Of a DNA stretch of 64,000 nucleotides, positions 1 through 13,368 are shown one piece after another (the stretch's first letter is position 1; every line of letters begins with the position of its first letter). The stretch covers positions 113,460,001 to 113,524,000 of the forward strand of contig OY740781.1 of NCBI GenBank assembly GCA_963514005.1, written 5' to 3'. This stretch comes from Raja brachyura. Taxonomy: Eukaryota. The position numbers and the translations under genes were made by a program. The notes under the pieces are model-generated. The model did no database searches. It saw only the letters and a list, made by a program, of their open reading frames with translations, and was not told the DNA's origin.

Positions 1-249
1 GAGTCTTTAGCCTGTGACTACTCAAAATAGGTAAGGATGGTGCCAGATGATATTGAGAATTTGAAGCTGTGCATTGGGACTATATAGACATCCTGAGTAG
101 GTGGTGGAAGGAGGAGACCTTGCCATGGACTCCCATACCCCCACACTATCAGCCATTCCACAGTCTATCTATGGAAGTCTATAGATCCAACATTGGCCTC
201 CTTGGGTGCCTTGGAAACCACAAAACCAGAGTGGAGTAAGTAATGTAGA

Positions 250-460
250 AACAAGGAAGTGCAGATGGTGGTTTACAAAAAAAGACACCAAGTGCTGCAG
301 TAACTCAGCAGGTCAGGCAGTATCTCTGGAGAATGTGGATGGGCGACATTTTGGGTTGGAATGCTTCAGATCAAGAAGGATCCCCACTGGAAACGTCACC
401 TACCCATGTTCTACAGAGATCGTCCTGACCTGCTAAATTACTCCAACACTTTGTGTCTCT
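250..460. mobile_element. Penelope-like element terminal repeat, inverted pair
   Basis: gacacaagtgctgcagtaactcagcaggtcaggcag... followed by its reverse complement ...ctgacctgctaaattactccaacactttgtgtc. Same family as about 10 other copies in the window. Confidence 0.6.
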
Positions 461-1396
461 TTTTGTGGAGCAGGTAATCCCTGATCCCAAGTGACTGCTC
501 AACTTTAACTATACATCCCCCCATCACTGACACCAAGGGGCAGAGTTCGATATAATAACCTCTCCATTTTTATCATGGATGGAATGTTTGGAATTCTAAA
601 ATTGATGACATGTTGACACAATGCAAATATTTAAGCAAATGGAATTTGGTAAATGAATGAAGACAGCACAGTGTCCTGTATTGTATAACTACATACAGTA
701 TCTAATGATTAAAGTAGAGGTTGGAAAAGAATGCGCTTCTTAAAACCTGCCTTTTCCGGTTGTCTCAATATTTCCATTTATGCTTTGATGTCAAATATTG
801 CTTGAAAATGCCTCTTTAAAGCTTTTAACATGTTAAAGGCATTTAGTGATTCGGTATGCCCATGGATAATGATGAGCGTTATATATTTGCATATGTGTTG
901 TTACCCTTTCTTAATTAACCAAATTCTTATAGGGCCCTTAGGAATCTTAGGAATCATTGACACGTCAATACCAATTGCTGCCGTAATCCAATAAAGTCAT
1001 TTGACAAGAATATCCAGATTCTACAGCCGGTCCAGCTCAATTGCAGTAATTACATGTTGTTGATTGAACAATTCCCCAACCCCAACCACAATCCTTGAAG
1101 TAACCTGCCAACAAATCTCCACTCGCACAATGTGAAGCAAAGAGAGAAAGTAAATTTTCAACACAATCAGAATTGGAAAAGGACAATAACAATCACTCCC
1201 ATATCTGCAACATTGGGACTATAATTATCTAAAAAATCCAAACTCCAAAGTTATCTCTCCACCACATCCATTGCTTTGGTTAGACAGCATTGCAAAATCA
1301 TTAAAGCATTTAAGGAAGCAATTCAGTCAATGATGAGGTCAATGGAGTCAAAGGCATCAGTTCTGTTGAAAAACAAGCCAGGAACTGTTCATTTAT

Positions 1397-1890
1397 AGAA
1401 ACAATGAACTGCAGATGCCGGTTTACAAAAAAAGAAATAAAGTGCTAGAGTAACACAGCAGGTCAGGCAGCATTTCGGGAAAAGATGGATAGGTGATATT
1501 TCGGGTTGACCCTTCTTCAGGCTGATTGTGGGGGGACGGCAGAAAACTGGGAGGGGTTGGACAAAGCCTGTCAGGTAATAGGTTGATGCAGGTAAGAGGG
1601 TTCATAGACAGATGGATGGACAAAGACCAGAGATGAAAAGAAAGAAGACGTGAGACAATAGGATTAAAGAGGTGAATTGGGAAGCTGCAGGAAGGAATGT
1701 AGGTGGAAGGAGAGGGGGAGGGGAGAAATAGTTGTGAGTCCAGGTGGAGCTTTGGAGAGAGAAGTGGGGTGGGGTGGTGGGAAGAAAGAGGAGGTGAAGC
1801 AAGAAGGGAGGGGGGTTGGGTTCTATTTACTTACAATTGGAGAATTCATTATTCATACCATTGCGTTGTAAGCTATCCAAGCGGAATATT
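1397..1890 (-). mobile_element. Penelope-like element 3' fragment
   Basis: Minus strand gives IFRLDSLQRNGMNNEFSN*, resembling the GIY-YIG C-terminus of PLEs. Followed by a pyrimidine-rich UTR and a CTGAAGA...GAAA motif at about 1495-1520. Confidence 0.7.
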
Positions 1891-4800
1891 TTCTTGTCAT
1901 GTTCATGTAGTTTGCCATTTGTGACTTTTGAGAAGAGCTGTTTTGGTTCTGTGGCACTATGGAAACCTTACTGGAGAATAGATGGCAAACACACTTAAGA
2001 ACATTGGAAAGGAGATGAAGGTTGGTGATTGGGACAGCGGTATGAGAGGGCAGTCACAGTGAAAGTGAAAGAACAGCAGTGTAAATGATAACAATGGGAG
2101 GGGGCATGTTGGAAAGCGGGCTTTACCGCAGGGAAGTGGGAATGGGTGTGAGGGAACAGGAGGGTGGGCTTGTGTGCAGGATAAACTATGATGGGGCATG
2201 AGTAGAGATGGAACAAAAATCATCTATAAACAATGGCACAAGAGAGGAAATGTGGACCCATGGAGCAAGGAGAAGTTTGGGGTCATCAGGAAATCTTTCC
2301 TCCTGGTAAATACAAGTTTGAGCCATTATTGGCATGAGCCTCCAGTTGAGGAGAGGGGAGTTTTGGTGAAGAGTTCGCAGTAGAGAAAACAACATAGAAA
2401 CAAGGAAGTGCAGATACTAGTTTAAAGAAAGTAGAGACAGACTGCTGGAGTAGCTCAGCCAGTCAGGCAGCAACAGGGATCACATGCATATGCAATGTTT
2501 CAGGTCGGGACCCTTAATCAGACTAATTGTCCCCAGAAGAAACAATGAAAAGACAGAAGTCAAACAATAGATGACGTGTGACTAGTTCTATCAGAATGGG
2601 AGTAAGCGAGGGCCCTGCTCCGCTCTCCCCATGACCAATGCTCCTTGTCTTGTTCCTATCCAACAACAGTGCACAGGGAGGAGCAGCACTGCCACTGTCA
2701 GACCACTGTCAGACAGCCCTCATTACCTCACATACATCCAGCTGGACAAATGCATAATCTGGCCTGGTCCACTGCTCTTTCAAGGATTAGCACTTTCATT
2801 GCATAATTCTTTATTTTTCAGAAAACTACGCTCCACACTCCATCTGCTCTGTTTGACCTGGTACTGCCATAATTCGGCAGCTGCATGGTCAGGCAGGGAC
2901 TCAATTTCCATAACCCGCAGCTAATTTTAAAACCTTTTCTAAAACCAGTTGTGAGACAATTCATGAGCTACCATGGTTGGGGAAGGGGGGATGTATTGGA
3001 GGAATGTACTTTTTAATTATTTTAATATAAATAGCTGACAGTTCGTGTAGCAAGGAGACACAAGGAAATGCAGATGCTGGAATCTTGAGCTAAACACAAA
3101 GTGCTGGAGGAACTCAGCATGACAGGCAGCATCTATAGAGGAAATGGACAAGCAACATTTTGGATCAGAACCCTTCTTCAGACTGGACTTCAGATTCCTG
3201 TATCTTTTTCCCAATAGTAGCAGTGAGTCTGAAGAAGGGCCCGGACCTGAAATGTCTGTCTATGTCTTCCACAGATGCTGCCTGTAAAGTGTTTTCAGGT
3301 GGTCAGCTTGGACTCGGTGGGCCGAATGGCCTGTCTCTGTGCTGTATCTCTAAACTAAACTAAAAAAGTACCATCTCCATTTGTAATAACATCTTGCAGC
3401 TGCCCCAGCAGTGTGGAATGTCACATTGTGATGGCTGCACCATTTTCTGCTTGTTAGGGGGTATGGAGAGAAGGCAGGTACACGATACTGAGTTGGATGA
3501 TCAGCCATGATCATATTGAATGGCGGTACAGGCTCGAAGGGGCGAATGGCCTATTCCTGCACCTATTTTTCAAAGTTTCTTTCTATGTTCTATGTATCCG
3601 ACTCCCTATCATGCAAAGCAGTGCAAACAATGACTAAGAAGCCAGTGCACAGTTATCGCTGTAACCTTGCTTTCCACTACCTGTTAAGATTTCACCTTCA
3701 GCCAGTTGCTGATTAATGTGCCGGATAATCTCTCATTTGCCCATTTATTTTCTCCTACATTTTCCGAGCTGCTTTCATCACGAATGACTCCACATGTGGA
3801 AAACCTTCATTACCTTATGCAGGTGGCCTTGCATCTCACAGAAGTCATGGCAATGAATGTGCACAATACCACTATCTTTATTGGGTGGTGATTCATTTTT
3901 TGGATGCTCATCATGAACTGAATGTAATGGACTTCATTACAGCAAAGGGAGTTAATGTGTCACTTAATGTCTCTCCCAGTGTTCAACTAATATAATGGAT
4001 GGCAATTGTAAACATTGAGAACAAACGTTTAATTTTCATCTTCACCTTCTTGAAGCATACCCTTCAATACAATTTTGCTGCTTCTCACCACATGATGCAA
4101 AGACCAGATCAGGAGCTTGCCCTGTCACAGGTTCAGAAGTTCTAGGAGCAGAATTAGGCCATTTCGGAGTGGCCATACCCCACTGCAGATGGAAATACAG
4201 AGTTACTGAGTCCAAAATATGGAATGGCCATACCCAACATACCCATAACTGGTGATGTCAGCCTTGGTTTTCTTCTGTGCCCAAAGCCTCTCTCCCCTTC
4301 CACTAGTTCTGAGCATTTCGGTTTTGGTGGAAAGTGATGGTAGTTTGCCTAGCTACCTTACCTCACACTGCTTGTTAATGGCTACCAAAGGGTTAATATA
4401 AGATAACTCTTCTGGCTTGATATATTCTACAAAAGGCCGCAACTACATTGGCAAGCGACTTACAAACAGGAAGAATGATTGGGTGGGGTACAGGGACAAT
4501 ACTCAACCTTGGCATGGTAGTATATGGTGAATCTGTTCTTTGTTACAGATGACTTTTCTCTCCTTTTCACTGTAAAGTAATACTGGGAAGTGTATAACTG
4601 GCAGAGGGGTTAAAAATCCTATTGTCTGACTGCTCAGACTTCCTGGAGACCCATGACTCAGCATATGAAATAAATGGTGCATCATTCACGTTTCACAAGT
4701 TCTATTTATATACCTGCCCTTTCATGTAATAAAAGCATTTATTACTCAGGAAATACTCAGCAGGTCAATCTATATTTGTGGGAAGATGATAGATAACCTT

Positions 4801-4959
4801 TCGAGTTAATAACCTTGCATCAGAACTGAAAATAAGCTACAAATTAAATATGTGACGAAAAAGAGAAGAATGGAGCGAAGAATGGGAATGTCTGTGATAG
4901 GGTGGAGACCACGAATGAGTGAGTGAATTAAAACAGGAGAGAAAAATAATGGAAAAGAA

Positions 4960-5800
4960 TCAATGCTGGATAGGACTTGAACAGTAAAGGGTAGAGCCCT
5001 GGAGAGTGTTGCACAACTTGGAGATATGGGAGTACATGTGCATGGTTCCCTGAAAAGAGGTGAATAGATGAACGATGTGGTAAAGAAGGCATTTGGCATG
5101 CTTTCCTTCATTGAAAAGGTATTGAGCCCAAAATTGGGTCAATATGATGCAACTGTAAAAGTCGTTGGTGAGATCACACTTGGAGTAATATGTACACTTC
5201 TGGTTGCCAAGCAAAAGGGAGGATGTGTTAAACTGGTAAGAGTGTATAAGAAATGTAGATAAAGTTACATGAACTTGCCAGCTTGAGTTGTAAGGAGAGG
5301 ATAGGTAGGCTGGGGCAGTTTTCTTTAGAGTTTAGGAAAATGAGGGGTAAAATTATTGAACAATACAAAATCACGAGAGGTATAGATAAAGTAAATGCTC
5401 GCAGTCTTTTTCCCAGTGTAGACGATTAAAAAAATAGATGGTATAAGCTTAAGGTTAGAGAGAAGAGATTTAAGTGGGATCTCAAGGGCAACTTTATGAG
5501 AGGGTAGTTTGTATCTGGAATGAGTTACCAGAGGAAGCTGGTACAAGAGGAAGCATGTAAGAAGGAACTGGAGATGCTGATTTAAACCGAAGATTGACAC
5601 AAAAAGCCAGAGTGTCCCTGAAGAAGACAGACAATCTGGAGAAAGGTCTTGACCCGAAACGTCACCTATTCCTTTTTTCTATAGTTGCTGTTTGACCCGC
5701 TGAGTTACTTCAGCTTTTTATGTCTATCTCTGCTACAGAAGCGGAGGGAATTACAACTTTCAAAGAACATTTGGACAGATATATGGATAGGAAGGATTTA
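4960..5800 (+). mobile_element. Old CR1 3' fragment interrupted by a PLE terminal repeat (about 5558-5730)
   Basis: Degenerate VVKKAFGMLSFI...LE.CVHFW RT C-terminal remnant. The PLE-type gatgctg...gacccgaaacgtc repeat is inserted inside it. Confidence 0.6.
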
Positions 5801-6054
5801 GAGGGATATGGGCCAAGTAGGAGTGACCACTCGTCATGTTTCCTGTAGTATAATTCTATTGTCGTTGAACCTGTTCACCAACATTTCTGGGCTTTATAGC
5901 TCAACATGCATGCATCTTCATTTAACTGGTCAATTAACACTGCTGGTTTTGAAATTGTAGAATTTGGCTCTCATTTCTTAACAGTAGTGGCTTCAGGGCT
6001 TTCCGAAGAATGAGCTTTTTTTAAAAAATGTGGATGTTCTGTTTTTCATTTCAG

Positions 6055-6213
6055 GCCAGCTACAGCGTGGATCCGGGCCCTGAAAGTTTTTCAAATCTGC
6101 AGAACCAAGTGAATGATGTAAAAGGAATCATGACACAGAATATAGAAAAGGTTCTGGACAGAGGAGAGAAGCTGGATGACCTCATCATTAAAACAGATGA
6201 TCTCCAAGCTACA
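6055..6213 (+). CDS. vamp8: VAMP8-family R-SNARE, coding exon with the SNARE motif (possibly the VAMP9 lineage)
   Basis: tttcatttcag|GCC...ACA|gtcagt, 159 nt, phase 0/0. Translates ASYSVDPGPESFSNLQNQVNDVKGIMTQNIEKVLDRGEKLDDLIIKTDDLQAT, a synaptobrevin coiled coil with the zero-layer Arg (DRGE), closest in pattern to VAMP8 (VKNIMTQNVERILARGE). The ATG exon was not located. Confidence 0.85.
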
Positions 6214-7129
6214 GTCAGTATACCAGGAAATTATCAATAAATAAATAGCCTGACTATTGAATGAATTCCCACCATTGGCCTTCCCTTTGATTGCCTTAAT
6301 ATAAGGCTGATCATGCTCGTCTCTAGTAAAGTCTCCATGCCTTTACGTGAGAGGAACAATTATGGTGATAATTTATAACAAATTATTTACAATAAACAGC
6401 AGGGATTGTTGAATAATTTTAAATCAGTGTTTTGTGTATTCAACAAGGAAGGTGTCATGCTGGATTGTGTTCTGTGCTGGGATAACATGTGGGATATGGG
6501 CTTCATTACCTAATTAGACACTGATTGAAAATAGACACTGGCTTCTTTTTAACTAGAAATTAATTGCAGTGAGGAAGAAAAGGAACTGACGCCGAATAAG
6601 TAGATGGTGCATTCAGCAACCAAATTATCAGATGGTTAAATAGTCTATAGACTCGTGGCAGTACAATGATCAAGTACAACTGAAACAGAACCAGCCTCCA
6701 AATATCTCCCTAAGGCAGATCAGAATCATTGACTACTCCTGAACTGATTGGTGGCTGACAGTGTTTAACCAAGTGTATGGTGAAGTGATGCTGGGAACAA
6801 ACTGGACTTGGTTACACTGTTTTACATAACATAGAATGGACAATATTTCAGGGACCCACACCTGCTGCCCCTACACAATACATGAGGGGCATCATGACAG
6901 TTTATCACTTTTCAGGGAACTAGAGTGCTGAGAAGTCGATTTGATATTGCATGCAGACTATGAACAGCCTGATAAAATGAGTTGTAGTATTTCTGAATTT
7001 TTTATGGAGCCAGGGTCAGAATCAGGAGTGTACCTCCTACTCATGCAGCACAGCCTGGGTTTCCAGCTGCTCTCAAAAGCAGGTGATCAAATATCACATA
7101 ATCAAACATGCAGCAACGTTTTGCGTCAA

Positions 7130-7863
7130 GTTGGGAAAAGGGGAAGTACAACGTGATCTGGGGATCCTTGTACTTCAGTCTATGAAAGTAAGCATGCAGA
7201 TACAGCAGGCAGTGAAGAAAGTGAATGGCATGTTGGCCTTTATAACAAGAGGAATCGAATATAGGAGCAAAGAGGTCCTTCTGCAGTTGTACAGAGCTCT
7301 AGTGAGACCACACCTGGAGTATTGTGTGCAGTTGTGGTCCCCTAATTTGAGAAAGGACATTCTTGCTATTGAGGGAGTGCAGCATAGGTTTACAAGGTTA
7401 ATTCCCGGGATGGCGGGACTGTCATATGCTGAGAGAATGGAGCAGCTGGGCTTATACACTCTGGAGTTTAGAAGGATGAGAGGATATCTCATTGAAACAT
7501 ATAAGATTGTTAAGGGTTTGGACACGCTAAAGGCAGGAAACATGTTCCCGATGTTGGGGGAGTCCAAAACCAGGGGCCACAGTTTAACAACAAGGAGTAA
7601 GCCATTTAGAACTGAGACAAGGCAACACTTTTTCTCACAGAGAGTGGTGAGTGTGGAATTCTCTGCCTCAGAAGGCGGTGGAGGCAGGTTCTCTGGATGC
7701 TTTCAAGAGAGAGCTAGATAGGACATAAAAATAGTGGAGTCAGGGGATATGGGGAGAAGGCAGGAACGGAGAACTGATTGGGGACATTCAGCCATGATCA
7801 CATTGAATGACGGCTCGAAGGGCCAAATGGCCTATTCCTGCACCTATTGTCTATTGTCTATTG
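7130..7863 (+). mobile_element. CR1 LINE 3' fragment
   Basis: ORF 7083-7721 QRDLGILV...LYRALVRPHLEYCVQLWSP; CR1 3'UTR ending in a (CTATTGT)n tail. Confidence 0.9.
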
Positions 7864-8429
7864 CCTGCATCAAAGATCCCACCACCAGTGATCAGGCCCT
7901 CCCTCATGATCCTTCTCCCACCTCCACGGACGCTGCTGGCATTATTGTGACTGAGGTGGGTAACGCTTAATTAATTGGTAAGTATACTTAAGGCTAAGAC
8001 AGATAAATGGGTTGTCAACATGTATGGATTATCAAGCAACAAAGTGGAGTTGAACCCGAGAAACAGATCAAACACGATCTTATTGAATGGTGGAGCAAGC
8101 TCAAAAGAATGTATGGCTTACTGTTCACATTCTTTCTAGAGTGGTCCTGTCAATCCATCTACCTCATTGGCGACCTTTGAACTATCTTTAATCGTGCTTT
8201 ATCCTTTGTCTGTGCAACATGAACAGCTTGATTGTAATCATATATATTCTTTTCTTTGACTGGATAGCAAACAAAAGCTTTTCACTGTACGTCGGTACAT
8301 GTGATGATTATAAACTAATCTAAACATGGAAGAATACAACACAGAAACAGGCCCTTGGGACCACAATATTTATGCCGAGCATGTTGCCCTGTTAAACTGA
8401 TCTCATCTGCCTGTAAATGATCCATATAA

Positions 8430-8580
8430 TTGTTATATGATTATATTGCAGGCAGGTGGGACTAAGGGAAAAAAGTTGTTCGGCACGGACTTGAAGGGCC
8501 GAGATGGCCTGTTTCCGTGCTGTAATTGTTATATGAATTGTTATATGGTTATATGTTATATGATTATATGTTATATGATA
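8430..8580 (+). repeat. Short LINE 3' end with (TTATATG)n microsatellite tail
   Basis: gaagggccgagatggcctgtttccgtgctgta followed by imperfect TTATATG repeats at 8526-8580. Confidence 0.6.
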
Positions 8581-11254
8581 TCCCTCTATTCCTTGCAATT
8601 TCCATGGGCCCACCTAAAAGCCTCTTAAACAACACTATCGTATCTGCCTCCACCAACACACCTGGCAAGGAATTCCAGGCCCCTACCACTGTGTGTGAAA
8701 AAAAACCTGTCCCACACATCTCCATTAAACTTTCCCCTTCTCACGTAGTTATGCGTGTTGTGTTCTCCTTCTCACCTTTCCCCTTCTCACAGTGTTGGAC
8801 AATTCCTCTCTGAGGAAAAGGTTCTGACTGTTGACCCTATCTATGCCTTTCATAATTTTATGATAGAACTTTATTTATCCAAGGAGGGAAATATACTTCT
8901 ATCAAGTCTCCCCTCAACCTCCAACCTTCTAGAGAAAACAATCCAAGTGTGTCCAGCTTCTCCCTGTAGCTGAAACTGTGTAATCCAGGCAACATTCTAG
9001 TAAACCTCCTCTGCACCCTCTCCAAACACTCCACATGCTTCCCCTACTGCTTTTGTACTTTGTCGAACCTGCCTCTACCACCTCCTCCCACATGACACTG
9101 GCCTTTCCCCAGGGGAGGTTGGCACAGAGTAAACAAAGTAATCCTACGTGCATGCAACCTCATACAGCAATTCTGTATCCTGTATACAGCAATTCAAGTA
9201 TGGCAAGTACATTGAAAGTATGCAGCACAATAGCAGTCAGCTTCTCAGGACCAGATAACATAGGTTCACGATGAAGGGGGAAAGATTTAATAGGAATCTG
9301 AGGGGTTATTTTCTCATACAAAGGGTGGTGGGTGTATGGAACGTGCTGCCATAGGAGGTAGTTGAGGCTGGGACTATCCCAACGTTTTAGAAACAGTTAA
9401 GACAGGTACATGGATAGGACAGGTTTGGAGGCATATGGGCCAAACGCAGGCAGGTTGGACCAGTGTAGCTGAGACATGTTGGCTGGTGTGGGCAAGTTGG
9501 GCCGAAGGGCCTGTTTCTATACTGTATCACTCTATGACTCTATGACTGTTGTCACCTGATTTTCTGCAGCATTCCAGAAGATACCCTCACCCATACTGAC
9601 ACTATTAAAATCAGGTGCATTCCATATGTTCTTCTATGGTCAATGCTTTGTCAATGGGCAGGCTCATGTACTGCTCCTCCTTTCAACTGCCTCCAAGCAA
9701 AGAACTGTAGGAGAGAAGTATAAAATATTGCTTCCCATGTGTGATACCTGGTGAGGTTCAGGTTCATTAAGCAAGATTATCCATCGCGTGTATTAATGTA
9801 GAAATGACGTATGATGTAATTTTGGAAGGAAAATATTCCAACTATTTCTTGTCAGTCATCAGGATAGCTTTTAACCTGGATCTTTCACATCAGACATAGA
9901 TGACTTAATTCAATGGAATTGAAAACATTTGATCCTGGGTTCCAGGTCTATACACCCTGAAAGTGGCAACACAAGCAGATAGAGTGGAAATTAAGGCATA
10001 TGGTATGCTTGCTTCCATTGGTCGGAGCATTAAGTATAAGAGTAATAAAGTCATGATGCAGCTTTATTGAACTTTGGTTAGACTGCATTTGGAGTATTGC
10101 ATGCATTTCAGCTCATTCCATTATGGGAATGATGTGGAAGCTTTGGAATGGGTGCAAAGCAGGTTTACTGGAATGATGCCTGGATTTGCTGCAGGGTGAG
10201 GCTGGATAGACAGATTGTTTTTCCTGGAACGCTGGAGCTTGTGGGGAGATAAAAACTACTGGAGGAATTCAGCAGGTCAGGCTGCATCTGTGGAGGGGAT
10301 ATGGACAGACAAAAGTTAGTCGGGACCTTTAAGTGTTGAGTGGAGGGAGGCAGCTGGCAGAAGGAGGTGAGAGGAAGAGCTGGATCAAGAGCTCACAAGT
10401 AATGAGTGGATCCAGGTAAGGATGGCATGATTGGTAGATGAGTCAGATGGCAGAGAGAAGGTTGGAGTTAATCACGAAGGCTGGAGGTGATAGGTGAAGA
10501 AAGCAGTGGGCTGCACATAGTGGAATCTGATTTTAACAAAAAGGGTGTAATGTAGAGCCAGAGGGAGGTACATGGGTTTCTGGGAACAGGCAGAAGGGGT
10601 GGGGTGATTGATGAACAGAAGGAGGAGGTGGAGGAATAAGGTAGTGGGCAGTGGTGGACCTACATTTTTGGGGCCCCATCGCCACCAGCAACGAGGTCTG
10701 GGTAACCACTGTGATCGTCAATGGGGTTGTTCCATGACAGATCACCACAAATGTTAATTTCTGTCATTAATGTTAATAGTGTTTTATATTGTAAATGTTA
10801 ATAGTGCTTTATATTAAATATATTTAGAATGAAACATCCTTAATTTGAATGTTTTTTTCATTTACGGCTGGCCTACATGATATTTTAATAACCTTTTTAA
10901 TTATTTTAACTATTATTTTGTATTGAATTACACTTTATTATTAATGTTATTTAAAAAAAAACCATTGTCGTACAGTAGACCCAAATTTTTTAAGCAATGT
11001 GGACTAAGCATGATATTCACCCTCAGAAAAAAAGTAGGAAGTATTGGCCGGGGGTGCAGAAGGCTGGTTAGGCCCCTGGCAGGGTCCAGGGACAGTGCCC
11101 CAGTGGGGGTTCAGGCAAGCTCCTGCATTTTCTATAAATTGAAAGTGATTCTCAAGCTTTCGGCTGGTAGTTTATATAACGGAATATATAAACTTAGAAT
11201 TTTTCTAACACATAAACAGTAAAATAACCCCCAAAATATATATATTTCATGAAA

Positions 11255-11575
11255 TAGACAATAGACAATAGGTGCAGGAGAACATTCGGCCCTTGGAGCC
11301 AGCACTGTCATTCACTGTGATCATGGCTGATCGTCCACAATCAGTACCCCGTTCCTGCCTTCTCCCCATATCCTTTGGCTCTGCTATCTTTCAGAGCTCT
11401 ATCTATCTCTCTCTTGAAAGCCTCCAGAAAATTGGCCTCCACTGCCTTCTGAGGCAGAGAATTCCACAGATTCACAATTCTCAGTGTGAAAAAGTATTTC
11501 CTCATCTCCGCTCTAAATGGTTTACCGCTTATTCTTAACCTGGTTCTTGACTCTCCCTGAATTGGAAACATGTTT
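11255..11575 (-). mobile_element. CR1 3' end (resumes at 13369-13410)
   Basis: (AATAGAC)n tail complement. ORF 11341-11571 MFP...FFTLRIVNLWNSLP. Confidence 0.85.
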
Positions 11576-11582
11576 ACATTTG

Positions 11583-13368
11583 TTGGTCATGGGGAACAAG
11601 GATAGAGTTGATCATGGGGAACAAGGATATGGCGAACCAATTGAATACCTACTTTGGTTCCATCTTCACTAAGGAAGACAAATAATCTGCCGGAAATAGC
11701 AGGGGACCGCAGGTCAAAGGAGGAATTAAGTGAAATCCAAGTTAGTCGGGAAGTGGTGTTGGGTAAATTGAATGGATTAAAGGCCGATAAATCCCCAGGG
11801 CCAGATAGGCTGCTTCCCAGAGTACTTAAGGAAGTAACTCCGGAAATAGTGGATGCATTAGTGATAATCTTTCAAAACTCTTTCGATTCTGGAGTAGTTC
11901 CTGAGGATTGGCGGGTAACAAACGTAACCCCTCTTTTTAAGAAGGGAGGGAGAGAGAAAACGGGGAATTACAGACCAGTTAGTCTAACATCAGTAGTGGG
12001 GAAGCTGCTAGAATCAGTTATTAAAGATGGGATAGCAGCACATTTGGAAAGTGGTGAAATCATTGGACAAAGTCAGCATGGATTTATGAAAGGTAAATCC
12101 TGTCTGACGAATCTTGTGGAATTTTTCGAGGATGTAACTAGTAGCGTGGATAAGGGAGAACCAGTGGATGTGGTGAATCTGGACTTCCAGAAGGCTTTCG
12201 ACGAGGTCCTACATAAGAGATTAGTATACAAACTTAAAGCATATGGCATTGGGGGTTCAGTATTGATGTGGATAGAGAACTGGCTGGCAAACAGGAAGCA
12301 AAGAGTAGGAGTAAACGGGTCCTTTTCACAATGGCAGGCAGTGACTAGTGGGGTACCGCAAGGCTCAGTGCTGGGACCACAGTTATTTACAATATATGTT
12401 AATGATCTGGATGAGGGAATTGAAGGCAATATGTCCATGTTTGCGGATGACACTAAGCTGGGGGGCAGTGTTAGCTGTGAGGAGGATGCTAGGAGACTGC
12501 AAGGTTACTTGGATAGGCTGGGTGAGTGGGCAAATGTTTAGCAGATGCAGTATAATGTGGATAAATGTGAGGTTATCCACTTTGGTGGCAAAAACAGGAA
12601 AGCAGACTATTATCTAAATGGTGGCCGATTAGGAAAAGGGGAGATGCAGCGAGACCTGGGTGTCATGGTACACCAGTCATTGAGGGTAGGCATGCAGGTG
12701 CAGCAGGCAGTGAAGAAAGCGAATGGTATGTTCTCTTTCATAGCAAAAGGATTTGAGTATAGGAGCAGGGAGGTTCGACTGCAGTTGTATAGGGGCTTGG
12801 TGAGACCACGCCTGGAGTATTGCATACAGTTTTGGTCTCCAAATCTAAGGAAGGACATTATTGCCATGGAGGGAGTGCAGAGAAGGTTCACCAGACTGAT
12901 TCCTGGGATGTCAGGACTGTCTTATGAACAAAGACTGGATAGACTCGGTTTATACTCTCTAGAATTTAGGAGATTGAGAGGGGATCTTATAGAAACTTAC
13001 AAAATTCTTAAGGGGTTGGACAGGTGCAGGAAGATTGTTCCCGATGTTGGGGAAGTCCAGGACAAGCGGTCACAGCTTAAGGATAAGGGGGAAATCCTTT
13101 AAGACCAAGATGAGAAAGACTTTTTTCACACAGAGAGTGGTGAGCCTCTGGAACTCTCTGCCACAGAGGGTAGTTGAGGCCAGTTCATTGGCTATATTTA
13201 AGAGGGAGTTGGATGTGGCCCTTGTGGCTAAGGGGATCAGAGGGTATGGAGAGAAGGCAGGTACGGGATACTGAGTTGGATGATCAGCCATGATCATATT
13301 GAATGGCAGTGCAGGCTCGAAGGGCTGAATGGCCTACTCCTGCACCTAATTTCTATGTTTCTATGTTT
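11583..13368 (+). mobile_element. 5'-truncated young CR1 LINE (RT domain to tail)
   Basis: ORFs 11654-12541, 12545-13102 and 13035-13274: [30 protein letters not shown]. (TTTCTATG)n tail. One stop and frameshifts. Confidence 0.95.

Noticed and set aside
1-6054. First (ATG) exon or promoter of the VAMP gene
   Set aside because: No CpG island or convincing ATG|gt exon was identified by eye. It may lie upstream of the window.
12073-12891. Minus-strand ORFs over the CR1 (also 7175-7567, 29468-29938 and 51386-51769)
   Set aside because: Antisense shadows of LINE ORF2.
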